Positions 23,674 to 36,787 of a DNA stretch of 64,000 nt are shown piece after piece. Below the pieces are notes generated by a model. The model was not told the origin of the DNA and did not search any database. It worked only from the letters and a program-made list of their open reading frames with translations. Origin of the DNA: Pseudovirgaria hyperparasitica (Eukaryota); assembly GCA_010093815.1 (NCBI GenBank), contig ML996568.1; one strand, given 5' to 3'. Position 1 is the first letter of the stretch; each line of letters opens with the position of its first letter. A program made the position numbers and the translations under genes.

Positions 23674-24280
23674 ATGCAACAACATGATGCTCAGCGCGCC
23701 TTATTGGCCCTGTTCGCCCTCTACCCTGTCCTGATCGCAGCTGAGGACGCAAAGGCGAATTCTGGAGAGTCAGACCCAGGCCATGTTCAAGATCCAAATG
23801 CCGCTGGAGCATCTGGGGACGACACGGGAGCCTTCTCTCTTTCCAAGGCCGGTCTGATCGCTATCATTTGTGTGGTCAGCATTGTTGTAGGACTCGGAGG
23901 TGAGTTCTAGCGAAGCATACCGCCTCAAGCAGACATCTGACTGAGTTCTTGTAGCAATCTCCCTCACGCTCTGGTACATTGCGAAGAAACGTCAATGGGA
24001 AGTTCGTGCATCATTCAGACGCGTCTCGCGCCGTCTCACAGGTCGTCTCGATGACTCCCGTTCGAAACGTCAAACTCGCCGCACGGGAGTCCGCATGGCA
24101 TCACCGCCTTCAGAAAAGAAGCGGCACCCAAATAAGGAGATTGATGTCGAGAAGGCCGAGGCTCTGAAGACGAAGGGGGGACAGAAGAATGCAGGCACCT
24201 CTACAACAATCACAAGTCAGTTCGATGTTGATACCCCGAGGACGAAGACTTGGAAAGAGAAATTGTTTGGCGCCAAATGA
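23674..24280 (+). CDS. Small single-pass membrane protein with signal peptide (2 exons)
   Basis: Hydrophobic N-terminus ALLALFALYPVLIAA; TM segment LIAIICVVSIVVGLG|AISLTLWYI across intron 23900-23954; basic tail AKKRQWEVRASFRR. Confidence 0.8.
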
Positions 24281-24605
24281 CGGGATTATTCTGCGCATTC
24301 ACGGCGAAGGGGCAGACGAATTTAGCTAACTCATTCTGATACATGGCGGAGCTGTAGCTCACATCGCCTTATTACGATTTTTCTTCATTGTACATGACTA
24401 CGCATTGCTCATATTTACGCATCATACTACAAGCATGGCGGCGTCATTTCGTAAATAGGGCAGGATACCAACGGAATTGCATTCAAATTTACGCAGGAAC
24501 ACGCTGCGAGGCAACATTAATATTCTACCCGTGAATACAGCCGTCGATTGACTCCGACGTTCTTGCCTTCACCGTCACTTTCTGACATGTGTCTATGCAC
24601 GGCCA

Positions 24606-25751
24606 TTACACAGACGAAAGACTCAAAGCATTGGCAACCTTCGTCGCAATGCCTTGAAACGCCTGCCCACGAGGACTCTCAGGTTCCGCCACCATGGTAG
24701 GCCTACCTTTATCTGCATCTTCGCAAATCGAAGGGTGCAAGGGAATCTCACCTAGAAGCTCCAGTTCGTGCTCAATACACCTCTTTGAGATAAGAGACGA
24801 AGGACCAAAGATATCGTGGGTCGAACTGCATGTCGGGCATATGAAGCCAGACATGTTTGAGACAAGTCCCAGAAGCTGTGTACATATAATGTTAGCTCAT
24901 ATTGTCGAGGTCCTGTGCGGAATACTTACAGGTACGTTGACCTTCTTAAACATATTTACCCCTTTCACGGCGTCTTTGAGAGCGAGATCTTGGGGTGTTG
25001 ATACAATTACAGCACCTTGTACCAATCAGCGTGTTGCTCTCATACTTTGCATCGGGGATCTGACCGTCGAGAACAAGCTGCTGCGTAATAGTGAGCTGGA
25101 CGTCACCCGTGCCGGGAGGTAGATCTAAAACAAGCACATCCAGCCCGCTCCACTCGACTTCGTGCAGCAGTTGTTGCAGAGCCTTCATCACCATCAATCC
25201 TCTCCATACTACCGGGGCAGATTCAGCAACAAGGTAGCCCATGGACATGGTTTTGATGCCATATCTCGATAGCGGAATCAGTTGGTTTTCTGTGGTGACA
25301 GTTAAAATCGTGATTACATATGAAGTTCATCAAAGAGCTGACTTTCTGACAGTCTCGGCTCCCCCGAAAGACCGAATAAAGTCGGTACTGACGGGCCAAA
25401 GATATCTGTATCGAGTAATCCAGCTCGGAGCCCACTGCGCGCGAAAGCCAGGGCCAAATTCGCTGAATAATGAATGAGCCAATGATGCATCTATGAACAT
25501 AATCCTGTACCTGAGATGGTCGACTTTCCAACACCACCTTTCGCAGATGAGACTGCCACGATCTTAGCTACGCCTGGAATGCTTCGTTTCTGCGGCAATC
25601 CACGCTGCATTCGAGGCAGCTGGGGAGGTGCGCCTGAGCGCGGCAGTCCCTATTGGTATTAGCGATCATTCCATTAGAACCATGCTTCAAGGTGTACCAG
25701 AGGATTTTCATGATTGAAGCGCCTGCATTGAGAGAAGAAGCGTCTCTGCAT
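24606..25751 (-). CDS. IND1: Mitochondrial Mrp/NBP35-family P-loop ATPase (Ind1/NUBPL; complex I Fe-S assembly), 6 exons
   Basis: Arg-rich presequence [21 protein letters not shown]; deviant Walker [38 protein letters not shown] and C-terminal CPTC motifs. Confidence 0.9.
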
Positions 25752-25967
25752 TGCATGCTAAGCTGGAATCATGTTCATTGGTGTCGCATCAAGCGTCCGT
25801 CGATGATGAAGTTCGAATTATTCCATGCCAAGGCTGGTCGGCTGGCGGCGCTTTCGGGAGTCCGATGCCGACTCCGCCATTGGGGAATTTTTCTGACCTT
25901 GGCACGTACCAATTACACTTGCGACAACTCTTGTCGTTTCTAGTAGCAAAAGGAATTACAACTGAAA

Positions 25968-27470
25968 ATGTCAAAAATAAGGAGGGTGAAATCTCTGGCC
26001 GAGCAGATCGCCGAGCTCGAAGATCCACAACCAAAAGGTGCGTCGACCCGAAAACCTCCAGATTTCCAAAGTCGCTAATAATTATTAGACTACGATCCAG
26101 AAGAGGACGAATATGGCAGAAGTGATGACGAGCAGGGTGATGAAGCAGAAAGTCAAGATAGCGATGCTGGACGAGAACACTACGAGCCTGTGGGCAAGAG
26201 CAAGCTTAGGAAGCCATCAGCACCTACACTGGGCCCAAAATATGCTGGCAGACGTGTTGGGCGTGACGCACTCGACGATGACAGTAGCGATAACTTACTG
26301 TCCGGTAATGACGAAGAGGATCCAGAGTCCGAACAAGAGCCTTCACCCTTCGGCTCAGACGATGATAGCGAGAGCATTAGCGCGAACGACGATGACAAGG
26401 ACTCAGATTCCCAATCAGGACAAGAGGACGACGACTCAGTGTCAGATATGGAGTCAATACAAGGCGACGCTCCCATGACTGCTGTGAAGCCTCGCGATCC
26501 TTTTGATACGGCTAAGCTGCGCAAGCTCATGAATGAGCAATCTAAGACCATCGCCGCAACAGTCGGTGTCAAAGCCGACGCAGAAAAGGGTGTCGCTGTC
26601 AAGACCCAACGTAAGACCTTTGACACTCTTCTCAATACGCGCATCCGCCTCCAAAAGGGGCTCATCGCCACAAACACCGCTACAGTACAGACCAAAGCAA
26701 GCTCAGAAACTCCGACCGAAGATATGGACTCCGCTCTCAAAGCCGCCGAAGTTGCGGCCCTGAACCTCCTCAACACTCTGACAGACCTACTACCGCAGAC
26801 CACAACAGCTAAAGCGGGAACAAAGCGGAAACACGCCACGACATATACCACAGATACCTCGTCCGAGCATATATGGAGCAGCCTCACCGCATCCGAAACT
26901 TCGCGCCTCCCGATCAGGAACGCCATCCTAGACCGCTGGTCAGAGAAAACCCGTCAAACAACTACTGCCGGCCCGCGTAGCCTCGCAGGAGACCAAGCTA
27001 TTCAGCCTTTATCATCTGTCCTCGCATCCCAACTTAGCGATCCAACACGTCTTATTGTGCGCACGCAGACACCGCGTTCGTGCGCACCAGGCGTCACAGC
27101 CCTCACACCAGACATCTACGACGACGCAGACTTCTACGGGCTATTACTAAAGGAATTATTAGAGCAGCGGACCAGTGATAGTAATGGAGCTGCCGTGCAA
27201 GTGGACGAGGGACTGAGTGCGCAGTACCGTGCGGCGCGAGAAGCCAAGACAAGACGAGTTGTTGACACCAGGGCGAGCAAGGGACGCAAGTTGCGCTACA
27301 CAGTACACGAGAAGCTGCAGAACTTCATGGCGCCGGAGGAACGGGGGACGTGGAGTGAGAGACAAGCGGATGAACTTTTCAGTAGTCTTCTCGGAAAAAC
27401 GTCGCAGCTGGACGAGGATGTACAAGTCGAAGACGCGGACGATGATGTTGGGGGCTTGGCACTTTTCTGA
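25968..27470 (+). CDS. BFR2: Bfr2/AATF small-subunit processome protein (2 exons)
   Basis: SLAEQIAELEDPQPK|DYDPE, EHYEPVGKSKLRK, RIRLQK, IYDDADFYGLLLKELL and TRAUB motif VDTRASKGRKLRYTVHEKLQNFMAP. Confidence 0.95.
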
Positions 27471-29820
27471 TAAAAATCCGCCGTTCAATGTATAGATGAA
27501 GATTACGCAAGCATGAGGACCCCACTGAATCTAACATTTGCTGCGTAGGACTAAATCTGAGTCTAGCCCCTGACCGCCGATCAAAGACAACAATTAGTCT
27601 CTCAAAAAACCAAAAATGCATAGGAACCATGATCCTGGCTGAATGATGAAAAGGAAAAAGTAAGAAAGAAAGAGTAAAGAAGAAAAACAAAACAACATGT
27701 CATGGGATTGATGCCATGACGTTCTGCCGCCCAAGTCCTCGGGAACCCATAATGTGGATACAACCTTCATCACCGAGCCATCTGACCTGTATACTATCTT
27801 TCAGAATGTCGCAAATATAAAGGTGCCGAGTCGATGACAGGTGAGGTCGTGCGTACTGTATTAGCCTACACTTACTTTCTTTCACTTATGTTTTACACAA
27901 TACCATAGCGCAAAGCAACGCACTATTCGTCTATTAAAAATAACGAGAAAGTATTGACACGCACCCAGAGGAATTAGAAATACACTAAGCACCGTGAAAA
28001 TCGGCTTTTCGGTTTCCCAGCCACACAACTTCCTGCGCCTTGTCAATTCATTCTCGTTCCATAACAAGACACTAGTCAGTGTTGTTCGCCTATGGTAATG
28101 ACGCACTCTTTGGGCAAAGCTCTTAATAATAATCCTTGTATACTCACAACCGCGCAATAGCCATCAGGAATAAGAAATCATATCCACACAAAGTTTTACT
28201 CGCAGCGACGCGATAAACAACCCCGACATGTCAGACGTGGCCAGGGAGATGGTTGGTATTGCTGACTCTGTCCCACGCTACTACATGTCACATTCCCGTC
28301 ATTTCTGAAAGAAAATCTCCCTCTGATTATGATTATTTAAAGTAGAATGCACACAAAATGAAGTGGATCCAAGGACAAACACCCCGATAAATTGCATGAT
28401 CAGCAGGTAATAGAATAGTGAGGCGATGTCGTGCATATTTGAGACCTACTATGGCAGGTCGGAGAAGTGCGGAGTTATGTAGCTTACTGAACTAGTCGTT
28501 CGGAGTAGATGGATACCTCCGGACGTTTGATGTATGCTGGGACGGTTTGAATTGCATTTTGTGCTTTAAAGCTAAGGGTTGATACATGTCCTGGAAATGT
28601 GTTTTGGAATTTTGAAGTGGATGGGCTGGGCTGGGTTCACAAGGCAAAGAAGACGTGTAGCTCGAGGAATTATCAGAGTCACTTGATACACATAAATGGA
28701 GGCGCAGTGAGAACTTAGAAGGCTGAACAATCAGATCATTACAGTCAGGTTGCTCATTGTAGAAGCTATGATATGTGCAATACAAATCACCAGTGATACA
28801 CCGTCTCGAAGCGCCGCCTGCGATCGCTAAGCACGAAATCTGTCGGACTGCAGCACCGCTGTACCTTTCACTCTCCAATCTCATCGGACTCATCCGTGCC
28901 AACTGTTCGACTTGTAGAACGACTTCGCACGGTCTTTGCTGGGAAAAAGCTTGCAGACAGTCACGGTCTGATGTGCCCACTACAGATCCCTACAAGCTTT
29001 CAAGTCGCCACTTGAGTCTTCTGCATTGATCCCTGCTTTATATATCAAAGCCTCACTATCTTCGTCTTGTTATCCACAGCTCCCCGGACCGCACCTTGCA
29101 GCGTTCCGCCTATCACCCCTAGACACATTACGCACTACATACCAAGTGGATCAAAATTCCAGAGATAACGTTGCACATGCAGTAAGAGGTCCGCTCCCTG
29201 TCGGTTAGACCCATGATGTACAAGGTCATTCTGATGTGCATTTTAGGACGATTGTAGCAAAGAAGTTGGTTATGATATCCTGCATAACTTGTGGTTTGTA
29301 TGCGTCGAAGTGGGGTTCCTTTGAACTGACGATGGATGTAGCCTGGACTCCGGGACCCTGTCAATCTGCAGGTGCTCATTTATGCCAAACATACACGCAC
29401 TGCAAGCATGTGCGGCTCCCTCATACCTTCAGCGTGACGCAGCGAGCGATGAGGACGTTTTGGTGTGGCGACAAGGCAAGGACGCGTATCCTAGTAAACC
29501 ATATGCAAGCAATCTCATTTTGGAACTTCAAATCTTCGCGTGCTTGATTGAAGTCCCTGTAGCTCGTCTGAGCACGCGGAATCGAAGGATTTCAATTTCA
29601 TATCTAAGATGATTCAGGTCCGGTCCGGTCCCAGACACGTAGTGTCAAATTGAAAGATATAGAGGTCGCTCACGGATGCAAGTTACTCTTAAGCGGGCTG
29701 AGAGTTGGCGGGAAAATAGAGAAAGGATTGAACCAGGGCCAGAAAAGCTGCATTGTCGAAGAAAAGGGGAACCACTCAACACGAATCTAGTGGTTTCCAG
29801 AAATCATATCTGATGGAACC

Positions 29821-30216
29821 TCAAACGACTCGGCAAAGCCCATAAACTGACGTTCTTTGATGTCCAGGGACGTTTGTGGATCTAGCCATGGGTGGAAGTA
29901 GCGACCACTGGCGAGACTTCGCTGCGCTGGGCACTGGCGATAAGTTTGGTCCTAGGGCTTGAACGTTCGTTCCCTCGAAGCGTATTCTCGTATTTGTGCT
30001 ACTTGAATGCTTCTGACTTATGCTGTACCTCGAGGCAGGTAAAGGTGGCCTCTGCTTCGTGGACTGCTTGTATGGAAGGATTGCTGCAGTTGTGTCGGCT
30101 GGGCGCTCGAGTAGCGCACCACACATACTGTCGTCGATATCCCCATCATCACCGAGCTTCCGGTACGACTTTGATGATCTTCTGACGAAAGGTAATCGGT
30201 ACTGAATAGACCACAT
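29821..30216 (-). CDS. Possible small orphan protein (131 aa)
   Basis: ATG-initiated ORF isolated in a long intergenic region. No homology recognised. Confidence 0.25.
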   Translation of the reverse strand: MWSIQYRLPFVRRSSKSYRKLGDDGDIDDSMCGALLERPADTTAAILPYKQSTKQRPPLPASRYSISQKHSSSTNTRIRFEGTNVQALGPNLSPVPSAAKSRQWSLLPPMARSTNVPGHQRTSVYGLCRVV

Positions 30217-31299
30217 CTTTGAAAGCTCAGCCGCGATGTTTATGATAGTATGGGTGAAGCAACCTTGCCTGAGGAGTTCGTTGGAAAAGAAAGAAAGGAA
30301 TGGACGAAGCTGAAGCTTGAAGGAACTGCGGCGGGCGCGGTCGAATTATAGAATTTATGAAAAATGTCACCTCGGTACTTGATTATCGTAAACATCCATG
30401 CAGTAATGTCCGGAAATTGGCGTATCCATGCACCACCCCACCGCAATTGTCCGCTTCGAGCTCGTCAAACAACACGATTGTGATGTCTAGTTTCAACGAA
30501 TAAGGACCAGTCGCTACTTTTGTCTCCGAGATAGCAGGAAGTGCATACTGTTTTGCATTTTCACGCCTTGTCCTTCCTTCTCTTGCCACACCACCTATGC
30601 GGAGCATTTCTAAAGCCAGAGCAGAATTAATTACTTCCTCCGCGTAGGCTATGTTAACGATTGTGACTATCCGACTGCTTCCAATAAGAAGGCGGCGACC
30701 TTTAGATCATTTTCATGGAAAAAATCTTGGTTGAAATTGTGCAATAGAGCCCTCCAGTTGGAGTTGACCAACGGTGCCCTCGCAAACATGATGCGCTTTA
30801 GAAGCTCCGCGTTTCAATGCAAGTAGGATTGGACTAGCACAAGTCAGCTTGTAGAGTCCTCGAGGCACTTCTACAAAGAGCGGGATCCTGTTACATGTAT
30901 TGTACCTTGGCCATTATACACGCGTCGAGCTGCGTGACGTTCGAAGATGCATTACGGACGTATCCATACCCTGTCGGCACGCTAAGACCAGTTGGGCTGT
31001 AGCCAATCAGGGGTCTCGACGTAACATATAGTTGTTTCATTATAATTCAACATGACTGCAGGAGATTTATACATACGGAGAGAATATGTGTCTCATGCTC
31101 TCTCTCCCATGTGGTAGCCCCATGTTGTTTGCTCTTTTTGTCATATTTCCCGCAACCAATGCCTGAAATGATCCTGGTTCAGGAGCCTGTTGTGACAGAA
31201 TACCAGTCATAGACTCGATCTCCGAGCATCATATTGTCCTGCACATAGTAAGTTATAGATCCAAACTCGTACCGTTGTCATAGTGTTCAACCTAGTGCC

Positions 31300-33469
31300 T
31301 TATGAAACTTCGACAGAATGGAATCCACCCTCAAACTCCAACCTTATAAACTTCTTCCCGGAAGGAGCATCATACAAGACAGTAGCCGGCTCAGCCTCTA
31401 ACCCATCGACAAGAGCCATTATCTCTTTCTCATCATCTAAAACCGGTAACTCAACTACCCCAGTTGTTCCCTCGGGACATTCGACCTCAACGTTGAAACC
31501 CCACTCGCCATTTCTCCTCCACGCGGCTCTAAACCTCCCCAACCGTGTCCCAAATCCCCCTTCCACCCACTCCAGGTCTCCAAACTGTGGTCTGAAACTC
31601 CATCTCCTTCCCGCTCTGTCCTGTACCCTCAACCCCAGCACATATTCCGTGAGTGCACTCGTCGGTCCACTACTCCACCCATGTGCATGGCTCGTATAGC
31701 TCGGATTGACATATCCCCGGTTATATCTATAACCAAAACTTCCATCCTCTAGGTACCCTCGATGACGGTAGACTGTGTACCATTAGGGTTAGCTAGATAC
31801 CAGCCCCAGCACCGGCGGATCAAGTCTAGACCACGAAGTGTTTCACCGATCGCGAAGTGTGCCTGGATCTCGAAGGAGGATATAAATGGAGAGATGGTAT
31901 GCGGGAGTTCAGGTGCGAGGGCGCCTATGGGAGTCCAGTTAGCGAGTAGGTTCTTGGAAATGGACGAGGCGCGGGAAAGGGTCGTGGCGTTGAAGAGGAT
32001 GGCCATGCTGTTTGCGTCTTGGGGGTAAAGAGTGGTGGCGGTGGCATTATCACGGAAAAGGCCGTGATTATCATCGAAGCAGTTGGCGTTTATGGCGGTC
32101 CGGAGGGCGAGTGCGCGAACTGTGTATTCCGTGCTTAGATCAGTGGCATCGTTTATCCAGGTAGCAAGTTGAGACGCTGTTTGGAGAGTGTGGTAAAGAC
32201 TTAGATAGAACAGGTCAGTATTCTGGGTCTTGAACTACAGGAGAATGTTACCCACATGATATTTGCCTCAGTGTTGTTGCCACCTTGGGCTTCACGTGCC
32301 CAGTCTCGAATTCCGGTAACATTCAGTAATCCCGCCGGAGTAACTAGGCTATACACATACTCCATAGCATGGAGATAGCCTACCCAATGCCTCTCAAGGA
32401 ATTCCATATCATCGGTATATAGAACGTAATTATATGTCCCAATCAAAGTCCACATGTGATAAGCTAGTGGATATCAGGGCTGGAACAATCCTACTACTAC
32501 AGTTGACTCACTGTCGCTATCTTGTTGTAACAAAGGCGGCCCGGCTTCCGGAAATGATCCATCAGGGTTCTGGGTTGTTAGAAAAGGTAGATCCATGACT
32601 CGGAGATTGAGCAATACCTGATAGTCGTACATAACCTGAAGGGCATTCTTCACGCTGGTCATATCACCGACACTGACAAAGGTCGACGGGACAGCAATAC
32701 CCATGTCACCTGGCCAGACAGCGCGATCACGTTTGGCACCATCGACAATTACCGTATCTCCAGGACTCAGAAGTCCTGTGTTTGACCATGTGTTCTTCAC
32801 AAACGGTACAGTTCGACCAGTATTAGGAGGTACACTGTTAGATTGAAGAGTATAGGCGCCACTGTACCAGATCTTATTCAGCTGATCATCATTGGAGTGG
32901 AAATAGCCCTGATATGCTCTCAGACTAGACCACGTTGGCTGAAACGATATTTCCAGAGTGATGTTCGTGATTGTAACTTTGCTGCTCTGATCTGTTTTGA
33001 GAAATATGGTTAGATACCGAAATCCACCACGCAGCTTCGCCTCCGGCATATTATAAATGCCCTGACCAGCCGCTCTTATATCTGCATATATTGCTCCGTC
33101 AGGGGTTGAGCCACCATTTGAGAAGTCAGACCACTGTCCGATCCAATTCCTCGCTTCGGAAAAAGCGAGTCCTATGGAAGCTGGTGCAGTTGTGTTGTAA
33201 TGGAAAGAGACTGTTCCACCAACTTCAATGCCGAAGTCCACGACTACAGTGGAACCATTCCCTTCGAGTGTCAAAACACTTTCGTACGGAAAGTCCACGT
33301 TTCTTAATAGGTCTACAATCGAATCCGGCTGGACTATCCTTGCATTTGGAGCGTAGATATTCGACTCCCATGGCCCTTGAAATAATGGTCTTGGTGGACC
33401 GCTGCAGATCGTATCTCTCCAGCATGTTTGTGCGTGGACCAGATTCCAGAAAAGTATGATTGCCAGCAT
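31300..33469 (-). CDS. Secreted GH78 alpha-L-rhamnosidase with an apparent 1-nt deletion frameshift at ~31757
   Basis: Signal peptide MLAIILFWNLVHA; VDFGIEVGG, LRGGFRYL, DGAKRDRAVWPGD, ISPFISSFE and SHAHGWSSGPT motifs; 3 introns. The frame changes between TVIEG and YLEDGSFGYR. Confidence 0.9.
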
Positions 33470-33909
33470 TACTCTCTCGTTTCCTTTCCAGTTTGATCTG
33501 TAGAAAGAGAAAGACCGCAATGTTTTCCAAGTTCGTTTTCTTTGAGCGTACAGGTTCAGCAGAGCCTTCTTCCTCCTGTGCCCTGTATAATGTGTGTAAA
33601 ATTGTTATCGGGACAAGTATTGACCCGAGGTATAGCTTATTTCGGAATCATCCTATCGATTGACGCATGCGGGGAACCCTTTGATAAACCAGAGACCAGG
33701 GTCCCTGGGAAGCGGACCGAATTGAACAGGACCATTCGTGGTAGCATGAAGGTGAGGGATACCTTCGCAAGTATCTATCTTGCTCAGTATTGCAACTTCC
33801 GTATTGTTTCTCTAACAACAACTTGTGCGGTACAGTGAAGTTTCGCGAGTCAGATCCAATTAGGTATATTATGTCGTCTATATCTAAAGACAATGCTTGA
33901 CAATTAGTC

Positions 33910-35610
33910 CTATCCTTTACGCTCTCTTGATGCCATCCAGACAATGAGGTACGTAATTGCTCCTGCCAGAATACTCATAGCTATACCCCCGGCCCATGAA
34001 GGGGCAGCATCTTCGCGCATTCTGTCTCCACTGACGAAGAGGACCACCCATGCTCTCTTTCCCAGCCCGAGCACAGTTCCGGTGCACCAACAGCTTTCGT
34101 AGAACCCAATAAGTTCGAAAATAGAGCTGAGAATAATCCAAAGAGCATTCAGTACTGCTAGGATTCGACCGAGGTAGCGTGTAAGCACAGCAAGCACACA
34201 TATGACTGAGTGTGTACCATAGCGTCGATAGTTGTGAACATTCTCAGCTTTCCTTTGGTAGATGAGCATGGCCCAGTGGGAAAGGAATGCAGAAGTAAGT
34301 AGCAAACCGTGTGCAGATGTCGCCAGAATGCCGTATAACAAGTAGCTACCCGACCGACATCCAAGACCACGTACTTCGGTGAGGTAAGAGATTACAGTTG
34401 CTGCTCCTGTAACGCCCCATTGAAGAAACAAAGCGACTGCATTAGCGAATAGGAAGTGCGCAACCCACGACGAATCTTGCCACAAATCAGCCCATTCAAT
34501 GTAAGCGTCGAGGTCAGCCCTCTGGAAGACTACGTCGGGCATGGCGGCCCTTTTTTCCAATGATGTTGCCACAATGTCCACAAGGCGATGATGAGTGAAG
34601 GTTCTGGCGTAGTTGAAAGCCGGACCTTGCACTCGTTCATCACCAATCACACTACCGAAGCAAGAATCTGGTGGATGAAACTCAATTTCGTGGCATAGAC
34701 CGGAGCGCGTTTCGAGAGCTGCCGCGACTTTTTCATCGTCTTGACCTTGAAGGGCCTCTTTGATTGTACCCTCCCTGGATTGTGTTCCTACGTAGACCCA
34801 GCCGAGTACGACGGGGACTAGCCAGACCCATAGCGTTCCAGAGGAGAGAAGTAGAGCTTGAGAGTGCATACCGAGAGACTGTATGTACGAGGCGGCGATA
34901 GTAAGGACCCATGCAGCTACTGCGAAGAAACTCTGCGCAACGAGTGACAAAGTGTATAGTCGACGTGTCTTGTGCAGTCTCTTTCGGATGGTAACCCACC
35001 AGTTCTGAAATCTTGCATCGCTTTTTACGATAAGTGTGTAGAAATCCATGTCATTGATCCGCAATGACGACTGTTGAGCATTTCTAAGAAAGTCTCGAGC
35101 GGCCTTGGCAGCTTCCTTGGAAGCCTCGGAACGAGATCGATCGATTGTGATGGCAAATCTCTTGTGTGTTCGATGGCTACTTAGCGCTGTAGACATCAGG
35201 GAGAAAGTTGAGAGAGAGGGACTGCCCACGGATAGACAGAAGCTCATTATATTCTCAAAGTAGTCGCCAGCTTCATAGGGCAACTGCGCTGTTAGACCCA
35301 GCCAGGGTAAGAGGTAGTTTGTTACTCCAGACGAGAAGTTGAGAAAGTCGAAGACCATTGGAAACTGCGATCGGCTGCAGTATTGATAGCAGGTTGGCAG
35401 ATCTACTCCCCATATATCCCAAACACCTCTCACATATTGCACTGGTTTGACACCATTCTCTCCTACGAGACCATCTGCAACGTGGGTTATATTGTCAGCA
35501 TCCAGCAGTTTGCCAATACATTTGGCGGTCCACGAGGGGCCGTGTTTCAACGGTTCCAGAAACTTTGTTAATTCGGATGTGTTCATGTCATAGACTTGAG
35601 GGCAGAACAT
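33910..35610 (-). CDS. Multipass membrane protein of unknown function (~566 aa)
   Basis: Intronless long ORF with several hydrophobic segments; motifs LLPWLGLTAQLP, VGSPSL, GLGCRSGSYLLYG and SCWC. Start uncertain. Confidence 0.8.
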   Translation of the reverse strand: MFCPQVYDMNTSELTKFLEPLKHGPSWTAKCIGKLLDADNITHVADGLVGENGVKPVQYVRGVWDIWGVDLPTCYQYCSRSQFPMVFDFLNFSSGVTNYLLPWLGLTAQLPYEAGDYFENIMSFCLSVGSPSLSTFSLMSTALSSHRTHKRFAITIDRSRSEASKEAAKAARDFLRNAQQSSLRINDMDFYTLIVKSDARFQNWWVTIRKRLHKTRRLYTLSLVAQSFFAVAAWVLTIAASYIQSLGMHSQALLLSSGTLWVWLVPVVLGWVYVGTQSREGTIKEALQGQDDEKVAAALETRSGLCHEIEFHPPDSCFGSVIGDERVQGPAFNYARTFTHHRLVDIVATSLEKRAAMPDVVFQRADLDAYIEWADLWQDSSWVAHFLFANAVALFLQWGVTGAATVISYLTEVRGLGCRSGSYLLYGILATSAHGLLLTSAFLSHWAMLIYQRKAENVHNYRRYGTHSVICVLAVLTRYLGRILAVLNALWIILSSIFELIGFYESCWCTGTVLGLGKRAWVVLFVSGDRMREDAAPSWAGGIAMSILAGAITYLIVWMASRERKG

Positions 35611-36700
35611 CTGCAATCTGCAAAGCAGGAAGAGTAACGATTCTTAATGTCACCATCAGAGTTGGCCAAAAGCTGCGGCACAGCCCCACAGTTGACGAAG
35701 AAGCAGCTGAATGAGCGCACATTAAAGCCATGCATGCAGCAAAGGAGATCATCAGGTCGTGTGCCGGGTCTCGGCAGCGCCTGTTCCGCGTTCTTCATTG
35801 GTGGAGGCTAATTTGTTTTCAGTTCAACACGTATGTGTGTAGACATTGCGCTGTATACTGGCTCGTTCTGGAAAGACGAGGGTGGCTTAGCTAACAGTGG
35901 ACGAACTGGTGGCTTGTCCGGTGAGACGCCACGATAAGTTTGCGCAGGTGGCTTGCCGTACACAGGTACAGTTGCCTAGAAGCTGGTGAGCGAAGGGAAA
36001 TGCTGAAGCTTGATAGATAACTCAACCGGAGAGTCATGACTGTAGATGGCTCTCCAAAGATGCCCTCGTTGGGTAGAGTATGAAGTGAATCGAAACCTAG
36101 TCGCGAGGCTGGTCATCCTTGTGCAACCCTACACAGGAGCATCCCTCGGTCTCTCAGCAAAGCTTTCGACACCAAGAAGCCTTACGACAATGACTCTTTG
36201 GTTTGTCGTTGTTATTCTTCTCAAATGTGATCGCAGCAACATTCGTTGACTGGGTTTGGGTCGATGGCTCCGGCTCGCCGTTCGCAGCTTTCGCGGCTAT
36301 TGAGGCCCCCACCTTGCAGACGAAGGCTTTACGGATTTGCTTCCAGATCTTCTCCGTCCGTTCACGATGTATGAAAAATCCATTTACTGTAGGTTTCTCA
36401 CTTGGTAGCCGGACGTTCGATTTGGCTGTTTCGAAGCTCTGAGAGTAGGATCCGGGGCGTCGCGGCCAGCATTCTTGCGTTATCTTGTGCGCTCATGCTC
36501 AGAGGACATCAGATGAGCTCCTAAGCAGGGTCCCTCTCGCTCCAGCTTAATCGAAACTGGCAGTCTTCAATGAAGACAGTCGGACTGCGAGACAGGTATA
36601 GTTCATTCACTAAAGCCAAGAATCGTGCACGCACAGGTCTATCTTGGCAGTCGGCGATATGGATCCTTCACCCGTGCGAGAGGTGCACTGGCCATCCATG

Positions 36701-36787
36701 AATCGCAGGGATTTCTTCGCATTCGCAATCAATCGCAGAGGGTTCTTCGCATTCGCAATTAATCGCAGAGGGTTCTTCGCATTCGCA
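36701..36787. repeat. Tandem repeat, ~3 x 30 bp
   Basis: Units close to aatcgcagagggttcttcgcattcgcaatt start at 36701, 36731 and 36761. Confidence 0.9.

Noticed and set aside
26180..26926. Long antisense ORFs over BFR2 (and 59321-59962)
   Set aside because: These are codon-bias shadows of real genes on the opposite strand.
28492..29612. Cluster of short ORFs as a possible pseudogene
   Set aside because: No recognisable domain or consistent splice path was found.
36701..36787. 30-bp repeats as a CRISPR-like array
   Set aside because: The repeats are contiguous with no spacers, in a eukaryotic context.
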